Assembly (NCBI GenBank): GCA_041391505.1
Contig: JAWKNW010000013.1
Coordinates: forward strand, 77,255 to 141,254
DNA: 64,000 nt
Source of the DNA: Rhodothermales bacterium
GTDB lineage: Bacteria; Bacteroidota; Rhodothermia; Rhodothermales; JAHQVL01
Direction of reading: 5' to 3'
The notes below the pieces were generated by a model, which was not told the origin of the DNA, did not search any database, and worked only from the letters and a program-made list of their open reading frames with translations. The translations under genes were made by a program, and so were the position numbers. This document shows, one piece after another, positions 18,687 through 27,147 of the stretch (the stretch's first letter is position 1; the number at the start of each line of letters is the position of its first letter).

Positions 18687-19846
18687 GCGTATTCCTCGTT
18701 CAGGTTCGGAATGTCGACCCAGGCCCGCTTCTTCCACGACTCCATCGCTTTCTCCGCCAGCTGGACGCCCTTGGCGCCCTCAAGCAGGTCGAGCCGGTAG
18801 GGCGCGTCGGTGACGATGTAGCGCAGGAAGAGCTCCCACTGGGCGCGGAAGGCGTTCGGGTAGGGTTTGTGATCGGGCACGGTGGTCCAGCCGGCGTAAA
18901 AGTCGATCGGGTTCGGGATATCCGGATTCCACGTATGCCGGGGCGTGGCGCCGTAGGGCTGCATCCAGCATTGCTGGAGGCCGGCCACCGCCGAGCCTTT
19001 CGTGCCGTCCACCTGCACCGTCAGCAAGTCGTCCCGGCGCGGTCGCACGCACCACGACGAATTGAAGTGGGCGATGATGTCGCCCTCCAGTTCGAACGTG
19101 GCGTACGCCGCATCGTCGGCGGTGGCGGCGTACGGTTTGCCGTGCTCGTCCCAGCGGCGCTTGATGTGCGTGGCGCCGAGGCACGACACCGACTTGACGC
19201 CGCCGAAGATATTGTCCAGCACGTAGCGCCAGTGGCACAGCATGTCGACGAGGATGCCGCCCCCGTCCTCCAGCCGGTAGTTCCAGGACGGCCGCTGCGC
19301 CGGCACGATGTCGCCCTCGAACACCCAGTACCCGAATTCGCCGCGGACCGAGAGGATCTCGCCGAAAAAGCCGCTGTCGATCAGGGTCTTGAGCTTGACG
19401 AGTCCGGGCAGATAGAGCTTGTCCTGCACCACGCCGTGTTTGACGCCGGCCTCCTTCGCGTAGAGATACAGCTCGTACGCCTCTTTCGCCGTCATGGCCG
19501 TCGGTTTTTCGCAATAGATGTGCTTGCCGGCCGCGATCGCCATCCGCACCGCCTCGACACGCCGGGTGGTGGTCTGGGCGTCGAAGTAGACCGGGTAGTT
19601 CGGGTCGCTCAGCGTGCTGGCGACGTCGGTGCTCCATGCCGAGATGCCGGCCTGGCGGGCGAGGTTCTCCAGCTTGACGCTGTTGCGGCCCACGAGCAGC
19701 GGCTCCGGCATGATGACGTCGGTCTCATTGATCGGGATGCCGCCGTCGCGCCGGATGGCCACCAGCGATCGCATCAGGTGCTGGTTGGTGCCCATCCGAC
19801 CGGTGACGCCGTTCATGATGATGCCGACTTTATGGACGTTTGACAT
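18683..19846 (-). CDS. Gfo/Idh/MocA family oxidoreductase
   Basis: 387 aa. N-terminal Rossmann fold KVGIIMNGVTGRMG, the conserved ...AIAAGKHIYCEKP motif, and a C-terminal alpha/beta domain. Confidence 0.9.
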   Translation of the reverse strand: MSNVHKVGIIMNGVTGRMGTNQHLMRSLVAIRRDGGIPINETDVIMPEPLLVGRNSVKLENLARQAGISAWSTDVASTLSDPNYPVYFDAQTTTRRVEAVRMAIAAGKHIYCEKPTAMTAKEAYELYLYAKEAGVKHGVVQDKLYLPGLVKLKTLIDSGFFGEILSVRGEFGYWVFEGDIVPAQRPSWNYRLEDGGGILVDMLCHWRYVLDNIFGGVKSVSCLGATHIKRRWDEHGKPYAATADDAAYATFELEGDIIAHFNSSWCVRPRRDDLLTVQVDGTKGSAVAGLQQCWMQPYGATPRHTWNPDIPNPIDFYAGWTTVPDHKPYPNAFRAQWELFLRYIVTDAPYRLDLLEGAKGVQLAEKAMESWKKRAWVDIPNLNEEYA

Positions 19847-19903
19847 GGCGTTGAGGTTGGTTTGGATGCGGGTAATGGCTAGGGAGTGCGTGAGGGGCTG
19901 CCG

Positions 19904-20731
19904 TCACACGTGCTGGCGATATGCCTCGACGATGTGGTCGAGAAACTGCTGCTGGTCCATCGCCCAGTAGGCGGTGGAGAAGATCTCGACTTCGATGAAT
20001 CCGTCAAAGCCGGTCTCTTCCACCCAGCCGCGGATCGGGCGGATCGGGATGCAGCCTTCGCCCATCAGGCCGCGGTCGTTGAGCATGTCGCGCGTCGGCG
20101 AGCGCCAGTCGCAGACGTGGAAGGCATGCAGGTGACCCTGCGCGCCGCACCGGGCGATTTCTTGCTGAAGATGGTTATCCCACCAGAGGTGGTAGACATC
20201 GACCGCCACGCCGACATGGTCGTCGCCGATGGCCTCGGCGAGGTCGTTGGCCTGCTCAAGGGTCACCACGGCAGAGCGCGTATCGGCGTACATCGGATGG
20301 AGCGGCTCGATCGCCAGCTTCACGCCGGCCGCGCGCGCGTGGGGCAGCACCGCCTCGATCCCCTCCTGAATCTGCCGGCGCGACGCGTCGAGGGACTGCC
20401 CGATGGCCGCGCCGCACACGAGCACCACGAGCGGCGCCCCGAGCGCGGCGGCCTCGTCGACGATGCGCCGGTTCTCGTCGATGGCGCGTTCCCGGTCCGC
20501 CGCATCCAGCGCGGGGAAAAACCCGCCTCGGACGAGCGATACGATCGACAGCCCGGCCTCCCGGATGCGCCGGCCCGTATCGGTCGCCGATCGCCCGTCG
20601 AGCGCGTCGCGCCAGACCGAGATGCCGCCGACGCCCGCCCGGGCATAGGCGTCCATCGCCGTTTCAATGGGCCACGGTTTGGTCGTGATGGTATGGATGC
20701 AAAGCCGGCTGAGTGCGGGGGCGTCGGACAT
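19904..20731 (-). CDS. Sugar phosphate isomerase/epimerase (xylose-isomerase-like TIM barrel)
   Basis: 275 aa. ...AGVGGISVWRD..., LVVLVCG, AGVKLAIEPLHP, VDVYHLWWD, GFIEVEIFS are typical AP-endonuclease-2/xylose-isomerase-like TIM barrel features. Confidence 0.85.
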   Translation of the reverse strand: MSDAPALSRLCIHTITTKPWPIETAMDAYARAGVGGISVWRDALDGRSATDTGRRIREAGLSIVSLVRGGFFPALDAADRERAIDENRRIVDEAAALGAPLVVLVCGAAIGQSLDASRRQIQEGIEAVLPHARAAGVKLAIEPLHPMYADTRSAVVTLEQANDLAEAIGDDHVGVAVDVYHLWWDNHLQQEIARCGAQGHLHAFHVCDWRSPTRDMLNDRGLMGEGCIPIRPIRGWVEETGFDGFIEVEIFSTAYWAMDQQQFLDHIVEAYRQHV

Positions 20732-20784
20732 GTCTCGGAGGAACTAGTCAGGGGCGATTCAACAAACGGGGCGCGCGACGCGCA

Positions 20785-22167
20785 TCATGCCGATATCCGG
20801 AAAAACGTCAGATACGGTTTCTTTTCGGCCAGGCGCTGGACGTAAAGCGCGAGTTCTCGCAGGTGGTAGTCGCCCCACATGCACGATTCGCCCCGGGGCA
20901 CGCCGTCGGCATCGGGCGCATGATCCCAGCCGTTCGGGCGGTGGTACACGGCGTGCAGGAGCAGGCCTTCGTGACGGGCGTCTTCGCTGAGGTAGGGCGC
21001 CTGCATGAGGGTCTTGAGCACGGTGAGGCCGGCCTGGAGGTACCGATCGCCGGCGCCGGCGTCCTTGCCGTTGAGGTAGGCGCCGAGCCGAAGCAGACCC
21101 TGCGCCGTGATCGCGGCGGCCGAACTGTCGACCGGCTCCTGGTGGTTGAACGGATCGGCCGGCCGGCTCAGGTAGTCGCCCAGGCGCTCCAGGCCAGGGG
21201 CCCCGGTATCCCAGTACGGCACCCCGCAGGTGGGGGTATGCTCGAGGTAGAAGTCGGCCGTGGCGCGGGCGGTACGCAGCATGAGAGCCTCGACCTCGGC
21301 GCGGCCGCCGTAGGGCGCCAGCGCGTCGTCCGGCAGGGTCGCGAAATACTCGAGCTGTTCGGCGTAGCCGCAGACGATCCAGGCGAGGCCGCGCGTCCAG
21401 GTGGAAAAGGGCGTATAGCCCTGCTGGGTGCTCGCGCAGCGGTACCGGTGGTCGTTGAGGTTAAAGATGCTTTCGTGGACGACTCGGCCGGGGATATCGT
21501 AATGATCGCGGCCTTCGCCGAAGTAGACGTTGTAGCGCGACGTGCTCCGTAAGTGCCCGATCGCGCGCCCCAACAGGCTGATCTTCCCGTCGTTTTCGCC
21601 CATGAGCGCGTGCCCGAGCCGGTCCGCCAGCACGAGCGCGCGGAGGGAGCGGACGGTATCGGAAAACAGGGAATGGGGGCCGTTGAAGGAGTAGATGTAG
21701 CCGCCGGTGTCCGGCAGGGTCGTCCATCGCGCCGCCTGGACGGCTCCGGAGCATTTGAGTGCGAGTTCGTAGAAACGGCGCTCCCACGCGTCGGCCGGCA
21801 GCCGGGATTCGCTCATCAGGCGGAGCAGGTTGCCGTAGGTGCTGACGTTGTTGAACCCGTGATCGTGCACCCCGATATGGGTCACGTGCGAGGCCATGTG
21901 GTCGACGGTCTGCCGCCGGCCCATCTCCAGAAAGCGCTCCTCGCCCGTCGCATCGAACTGCAGAATGGCGCCGCCAAACTGAAAGCCCTGCGTCCACTCC
22001 GTCCAGCCGCGCGCCGTGTAGCGTCCGTTGATGGTGAAGACGGGTGCGCCGCGGGACACGTCGAACGAGGCGGCGATACGGTCGATTTTGTCGGCGGAGA
22101 GGGCCCACATGCGCTGGATGGCCGGCAGCAGCGCGGAGGGCGTCAGGGCGTCGTCTATCTGGATCAC
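20785..22167 (-). CDS. Six-hairpin glycosidase, GH88-like (unsaturated glucuronyl hydrolase-like)
   Basis: ARGWTEWTQGFQFG, GVHDHGFNNVSTYG and WTRGLAWIVCGYAEQ resemble GH88/UGL motifs. Start proposed at the GTG 22167 (or the ATG 22110). The ORF-track N-terminus (to 22332) is a translation of intergenic tandem repeats. Confidence 0.65.
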   Translation of the reverse strand: MIQIDDALTPSALLPAIQRMWALSADKIDRIAASFDVSRGAPVFTINGRYTARGWTEWTQGFQFGGAILQFDATGEERFLEMGRRQTVDHMASHVTHIGVHDHGFNNVSTYGNLLRLMSESRLPADAWERRFYELALKCSGAVQAARWTTLPDTGGYIYSFNGPHSLFSDTVRSLRALVLADRLGHALMGENDGKISLLGRAIGHLRSTSRYNVYFGEGRDHYDIPGRVVHESIFNLNDHRYRCASTQQGYTPFSTWTRGLAWIVCGYAEQLEYFATLPDDALAPYGGRAEVEALMLRTARATADFYLEHTPTCGVPYWDTGAPGLERLGDYLSRPADPFNHQEPVDSSAAAITAQGLLRLGAYLNGKDAGAGDRYLQAGLTVLKTLMQAPYLSEDARHEGLLLHAVYHRPNGWDHAPDADGVPRGESCMWGDYHLRELALYVQRLAEKKPYLTFFRISA

Positions 22168-22195
22168 GGCGTGGCGTTGGGAGGGTTGGGGAGGG

Positions 22196-22300
22196 GGATG
22201 CGGGATGCAGGATGCAGGATGCGGGATGCTGGGTACGTCCCAATGACCAGTGACGGATGACCGATGCCCAGTGACCGATGCCCAGTGACCGATGCCCATC
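22196..22300. repeat. Tandem repeat block: 5 x GGATGCR heptamers, then 4 x 14-mers (GACCGATGCCCAGT type)
   Basis: GGATGCG GGATGCA GGATGCA GGATGCG GGATGCT (22196-22230). A 14-nt spacer follows. Then GACCAGTGACGGAT GACCGATGCCCAGT GACCGATGCCCAGT GACCGATGCCCATC (22245-22300). Sits in the divergent gap between the GH88-like gene and the haem-dehydrogenase gene. Confidence 0.85.
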
Positions 22301-22395
22301 TCCCACCACTTCTTGCGGCCGCGAATATACATAATATTGGCCGGTGTTTCTTAAGTTGGCGTTTCCGTCGGATTAAACCTTAGCGAAGATCAGCC

Positions 22396-25300
22396 ATGCG
22401 CCCCCGTACCGTGTTAACCGTTATTGCAATAGGCCTTATCGGATTCTCGTGCAAGAAGCCGGAAGTCGTCAACGAATATGGCCTCGTCGTCAAGACAGTC
22501 GGGGAGACCCTGACGCCGGAACAGCACCGTGAAATCCAGCATGCCCTCGATGGCCTCGAAGTGGCGCCCGGTCTCGAGGCGACGCTGTTTGCCGCGGAGC
22601 CGATGCTGGCGAATCCGACGAATATCGACATCGACGCGCGCGGCAGGGTATGGGTCTGCGAAGGGATCAACTACCGGCCCCATCTGAATCCCCAGAATCC
22701 CGTGCGCGAGGAAAAAGAGCGCATCCTCATCCTTGAGGACACGGACGGAGACGGCGTGGCCGATTCGCGCAAGGTCTTTTATGAAGGCACCGACATCAAC
22801 GCCGCGATCGGAATCGCCGTGTTCGGCAACCGGGTGTTCGTTTCGGTGAGTCCGAACGTTTTTGTGTTTACCGATGAAGATGGGGACGATCGGGCGGACA
22901 AGAAGGAGGTGCTGTTCTCCGGCATCAAGGGCGTCCAGCACGACCACGGCGTCCATGCGTTCACGTTCGGACCGGACGGCCGGCTCTATTTTAATTTCGG
23001 CAACGCCGGCGAGCAGCTACTCGATGCCGACGGGAAGCCCATCGTGGATGCCTCCGGCGAGGAGGTCGTGGGCGACGGCAATCCGTATCGCCAGGGCATG
23101 GTGTTCCGGATGAATCCGGACGGGTCGGACTTCGAGGTGGTTGGCCATAACTTCCGCAACAACTACGAGGTGGTGGTCGACGCCTTCGGTACGTTGTGGC
23201 AGTCGGACAACGACGACGACGGCAACCGGGGCACGCGGATCAACTTTGTGATGGAGTACGGGAATTACGGCTTCCGGGATGAGATGACCGGCGCCGACTG
23301 GCGGCAGCGGCGCACGGGATGGGAAGACGAGATTCCGCTGCGCCACTGGCACCTGAACGATCCGGGCGTGGTGCCGAACCTGTTGCAGACCGGCGCCGGC
23401 TCGCCGACCGGCATGGCGATGTACGAGGGGCGGCTCCTGCCGGAGGTCTTCTGGGATCAGATGATCCACACCGACGCCGGCCCGAACGTCGTGCGTTCGT
23501 ACCCGGTCAAAAAATCCGGCGCCGGTTACTCCGCCGAGATCGTCAACATCCTGAAGGGAACGCACGATCAATGGTTCAGGCCATCGGATGTCGCCGTGGC
23601 GCCCGACGGGTCGCTGATCGTGGCCGACTGGTACGACCCGGGTGTCGGAGGGCACCACGTGGGCGACCTCGAAAAAGGCCGGCTCTACCGCATTGCGCCC
23701 CCGGGCTCCCGGTACGCGGTCCCGAAGGTCGACCTGATCACGCCCGAGTCAGCCGTTATTGCATTAAAAAGTCCTAATGTGGCCACGCGGTATCTGGCGT
23801 GGAACGCGCTCCACGACATGGGCGCGGCGGCCGAACCCGCGCTGACGCGGATGCTCGACGACCCGAATCCGCGCATGCAGGCCCGCGCTCTGTGGCTCCT
23901 CGGGCAGATCGACAATCAGGGGTCGGCGACCGTCGAACGCGCGCTGGCGGATGAGAACGAAGACATCCGTATCGCCGGTCTGCGGCTCGCGCGGCAGCTG
24001 GATCTCGATCTCATCCCCTATATCCGCCAGCTGGCGGACGACCCATCCGCCCAGATCCGTCGGGAAGCGGCGATCGCGTTGCGGCACAATACCTCGCCCG
24101 AGGCGCCGGCGCTCTGGGCCCGTCTGGCCTCGCACCACGACGGTGCGGATCGGTGGTATCTGGAGGCGCTCGGGATTGCGGCGGACCGCCAGTGGGATGC
24201 CTTTTTTGGCGCCTGGCGCGAGCAGAATCTCGAAAACTGGGATACGCCCGCCGGCCGCGACATCGTCTGGCGTTCCCGCGCCGAAGCCGCGCTGCCGATG
24301 CTGTCGGAGTTGATCCTCTCGCCCAAAACATCGGACACCGAGCGGCTCCGTTATTTCCGCGCGCTCGATTTCCACCCGGACAGTCCGGCCAAGTCGGGGC
24401 TGCTCACCGGGCTTCTGGCCGCGAATCATGCCGATCAGCTCGGGATTCGCGTGCTCGCGCTCCAGCATCTCGCCGGCGACGACGCCCTGAAGCAGCCGGC
24501 GACGCGGAAGGCCATCTATGCCACACTCGATGAGGTGCGCGGCACGCGCGCGTTCCTCGATATGGTCGATCGCTTTAAGCTCGCGGATCAGGGTGAGACG
24601 CTGTTCGCCATGGCGCTGGACAATCCGGGAGAGGAACTCGGCAAGGATGCCGGCCGCATCCTGATCGATCTGGGCGGCCGTGAACGGATCCTTTCTGCGA
24701 TCGCAACGGCGGATGCGGAGCGGGCTTCCGCCATTATCGCCATGCTGGGCGGCGTGGGCTCGGGCGGATCGCGCGGCACGCTCGAGGCCATCTTCATGGA
24801 CAAAAAACTGCCGCTTGATGTACGCCGGCGCGCACTGGAACGGTTCGGGCCGGGCTGGCAGGGAGAAAACCGCATGCTGGCCCTGCTCGAGGCGGGCACG
24901 TTTCCGGAAGAACTCAACGCGACGGCCTCCAGCATCCTGTTCGCCTCGAACGACAGCCGTCGGCGCGTCGGGGCCGAAAAGTACTTTACCCCGCCGGCCG
25001 GGACGGGCGGCGAGCCGCTGCCGGCCATCGACGAACTGGTCGACCTGCAGGGCGATGCCGCCGCCGGGGCGGACGTGTTCGCCACGATGTGCAGCACCTG
25101 CCACGTCGTCCATGGCGAGGGCGTCGATTTCGGCCCAGGTCTCTCCGAAATCGGCGACAAACTCACGCCGGAGGCGCTCTACACGGCCATCCTCTTCCCC
25201 GACGCCGGCATCGGCTTCGGCTACGAGGGGTATGTTTTGAAACTCAAAGACGGGAGCGAAGCGGCGGGATACATCCTGAACCAGTCGGGAGACGAAATCC

Positions 25301-25473
25301 GGCTTCGGGAAGTCGGCGGGCGGACGAACAGCTACTCCGTGACCGATGTAGCGAGCAAGGAGGCCATGGGCCAGTCCCTGATGCCGGCGCTCGGACGCAC
25401 GCTGTCACGCGAGCAACTGGTGAACCTGGTCGCCTATCTGGGTACGCTGAAAGCGATGGGGGAAAGTGATTAG
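22396..25473 (+). CDS. Membrane-bound-dehydrogenase-domain / HEAT-repeat / c-type haem-binding lipoprotein
   Basis: 1025 aa. Lipoprotein signal (LIGFSCKK). Beta-propeller region with DIDARGRVWVCEG and EDTDGDGVADS motifs. Central HEAT repeats. C-terminal CSTCH haem-c site (25090-25104) with a downstream ...SLMPALG Met context. Confidence 0.85.
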   Translation: MRPRTVLTVIAIGLIGFSCKKPEVVNEYGLVVKTVGETLTPEQHREIQHALDGLEVAPGLEATLFAAEPMLANPTNIDIDARGRVWVCEGINYRPHLNPQNPVREEKERILILEDTDGDGVADSRKVFYEGTDINAAIGIAVFGNRVFVSVSPNVFVFTDEDGDDRADKKEVLFSGIKGVQHDHGVHAFTFGPDGRLYFNFGNAGEQLLDADGKPIVDASGEEVVGDGNPYRQGMVFRMNPDGSDFEVVGHNFRNNYEVVVDAFGTLWQSDNDDDGNRGTRINFVMEYGNYGFRDEMTGADWRQRRTGWEDEIPLRHWHLNDPGVVPNLLQTGAGSPTGMAMYEGRLLPEVFWDQMIHTDAGPNVVRSYPVKKSGAGYSAEIVNILKGTHDQWFRPSDVAVAPDGSLIVADWYDPGVGGHHVGDLEKGRLYRIAPPGSRYAVPKVDLITPESAVIALKSPNVATRYLAWNALHDMGAAAEPALTRMLDDPNPRMQARALWLLGQIDNQGSATVERALADENEDIRIAGLRLARQLDLDLIPYIRQLADDPSAQIRREAAIALRHNTSPEAPALWARLASHHDGADRWYLEALGIAADRQWDAFFGAWREQNLENWDTPAGRDIVWRSRAEAALPMLSELILSPKTSDTERLRYFRALDFHPDSPAKSGLLTGLLAANHADQLGIRVLALQHLAGDDALKQPATRKAIYATLDEVRGTRAFLDMVDRFKLADQGETLFAMALDNPGEELGKDAGRILIDLGGRERILSAIATADAERASAIIAMLGGVGSGGSRGTLEAIFMDKKLPLDVRRRALERFGPGWQGENRMLALLEAGTFPEELNATASSILFASNDSRRRVGAEKYFTPPAGTGGEPLPAIDELVDLQGDAAAGADVFATMCSTCHVVHGEGVDFGPGLSEIGDKLTPEALYTAILFPDAGIGFGYEGYVLKLKDGSEAAGYILNQSGDEIRLREVGGRTNSYSVTDVASKEAMGQSLMPALGRTLSREQLVNLVAYLGTLKAMGESD

Positions 25474-25664
25474 CGATTATAGAACAAGGATTAGCGATTG
25501 GTGAGGGGAAGCGTTTTGCGATTCCCTGGTCGCTGCTCAATGATCTGGCGATTAGCGATTATAGAACAAGGATTAGCGATTGGTGAGGGGAGGCGTTTTG
25601 CGATGATCGATTTTGCCTTTTGCGATAATTCCCCTCTCTATTCTTTAATCGCTAATCGCTAATC
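25468..25664. repeat. Composite intergenic repeat: two 55-bp direct copies plus one degenerate inverted copy, built on GATTAGC units
   Basis: Copy 1 at 25468-25522 and copy 2 at 25550-25604 are 54/55 identical (GATTAGCGATTATAGAACAAGGATTAGCGATTGGTGAGGGGARGCGTTTTGCGAT). An inverted partial copy lies at 25621-25664 (...TTCCCCTC...AATCGCTAATCGCTAATC). The element contains the stop codons of both convergent flanking genes. Confidence 0.85.
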
Positions 25665-26322
25665 AATACGCTCCCTGGCGGGTGAGCACGACGCCGATGG
25701 TGCGGACGATGATCTGCAGGTCGAGCGAGAGCGACCAGTTGCGCACGTAGTAGGGATCCCACTGCTTCATGCCTTCGATGCCTGAGTCGCTGCGGCCCGA
25801 CACCTGCCAGAGCCCGGTGATGCCCGGCTTGACGGCTTTGCGCAGCTCGCGGACTTCCGTGGGGAGCGCATCCTGGTGGTACGCCGGCAGCGGACGCGGA
25901 CCGACCATGACCATGTCGCCGATGAGCACGTTGACGAGCTGCGGCAGCTCGTCCAGGCTCGTACGGCGCAGCAGCGCGCCGATGCGGGTGATGCGCGGGT
26001 CCTTGCGGAGCTTGAAGAACGTTTCCCACTCTTCACGGAGCGCCGCATCGTTTTCCAGGGCCTGTTTCAATACGGCTTCGGCGTTCGGCACCATGGTGCG
26101 GAACTTGAAGGTGCGGAATACACGGCCGTCCTTGCCCACCCGCTCCTGCAGAAAAATGGGATTCTTGCGGTCTTCGATCAGGATCGCGAAGTAGATCGCC
26201 GCGCAGATGGGAAGCCAGAAAGGCATCGAAACCAGCACGACGACGACGTCGATGAGCTGCTTGAGCGCCTGCTTGGCTTTGGAGTGGCGTACGGTAAGCG
26301 CGGTGCGTTCGGAAGTGGACAT
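25663..26322 (-). CDS. Polyprenyl-phosphate sugar phosphotransferase (bacterial sugar transferase, WbaP/WcaJ C-terminal type)
   Basis: ATG at 26322 (MSTSERTALTV...). One TM helix, then PIFLQERVGKDGRVFRTFKFRTM...DELPQLVNVLIGDMVMVGPRP...KPGITGLWQVSGRS, the family signature. Confidence 0.85.
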   Translation of the reverse strand: MSTSERTALTVRHSKAKQALKQLIDVVVVLVSMPFWLPICAAIYFAILIEDRKNPIFLQERVGKDGRVFRTFKFRTMVPNAEAVLKQALENDAALREEWETFFKLRKDPRITRIGALLRRTSLDELPQLVNVLIGDMVMVGPRPLPAYHQDALPTEVRELRKAVKPGITGLWQVSGRSDSGIEGMKQWDPYYVRNWSLSLDLQIIVRTIGVVLTRQGAY

Positions 26323-26633
26323 CGGGGCAGAGGGGGGTTGTTGCCGTTGACGTGGGTAAATTACCTCAACGGCCGGCCCCGCCGGTGCGTCTGCCGCGCA
26401 GCCGCTATGGTCGAATGCGCGCCGCCATGGGGCCCTGTTGGCGCACCCCCTGCGTCCTCTGGCGTGCGCCACGGCGCCGGATGGCGCATTTCCTCCGAGT
26501 GCGCTTAATTACCTGCGACGGAAGAAGGGAACCGGGGAACGCGAAACGCGCTCAAGCCGCCCATTTTTCGACAGGACATCCCGCCGCCCACATCCCCTTC
26601 TTTATGATGCGCTAACCCAGCCGCTCCATCCAC

Positions 26634-27002
26634 TTGAACGTCCATCAGCGCCATACCCTGCTCGCCGGCTTCCTGATCGCTATCGGGATGCTCCTTTTTC
26701 CTCCGCAACGCATCGCGACGGTATCGAACAGCGCTTACACAGACGACGCCGAGCCGGGAGCCGGCGTCTCGCTGACGTACCGGTTTCTTTTCGCTGAATC
26801 GTTCCGGTTCGACGAACACAGTACGGCCGAGTCCATCGGCATCGAATGGCCGGTTCTCCGCTTGCAGCTTCAGTGGCTTGCGCTGATTACGTTGCTTTTG
26901 CTGGTCTATTTTCGCAACCGCAACCGGGGAGGCGGCGACGACAGCGAAGACCGCCCGGCCGAACCCGCGCCGGCGCCGGAAGCCGATCTGATTGCCGGAT
27001 AA
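26634..27002 (+). CDS. Hypothetical small membrane protein
   Basis: 122-aa ORF (TTG start in the track) with hydrophobic helices at both ends (LLAGFLIAIGMLLF; LQWLALITLLLLVYF) and an acidic/Pro-rich tail. No family recognised. Confidence 0.45.
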   Translation: MNVHQRHTLLAGFLIAIGMLLFPPQRIATVSNSAYTDDAEPGAGVSLTYRFLFAESFRFDEHSTAESIGIEWPVLRLQLQWLALITLLLLVYFRNRNRGGGDDSEDRPAEPAPAPEADLIAG

Positions 27003-27147
27003 ATCCATCGCCAGCCCGGGCCGCAAAGCCTCCACGCGGTTTGTTGCGACGCAGGGGGCACTGGCGGCCCAGATTTGCGCATGGGGATATATCTGGCATG
27101 TCGGTAACGACTGCGTGCATTGCTGTGGAACGAACGCCTTAACGCAT

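Noticed and set aside
22168-22332. His/Trp-rich N-terminal extension of the GH88-like ORF (MYIRGRKKWWEMGIGHWASVTGHRSSVTGHW...HPASCIPHP)
   Set aside because: The peptide periodicity simply mirrors the 7/14-nt DNA repeats. The homologous glycosidase domain begins downstream, and a GTG (22167) or ATG (22110) start fits. I interpret it as a translated intergenic repeat.
25468-25604. Possible mini-CRISPR (two 55-bp direct repeats separated by 27 nt)
   Set aside because: There are only two copies. The repeats are longer than the spacer and are internally made of 7-mers. A third copy is inverted. There are no cas genes and no leader. This is not CRISPR architecture.
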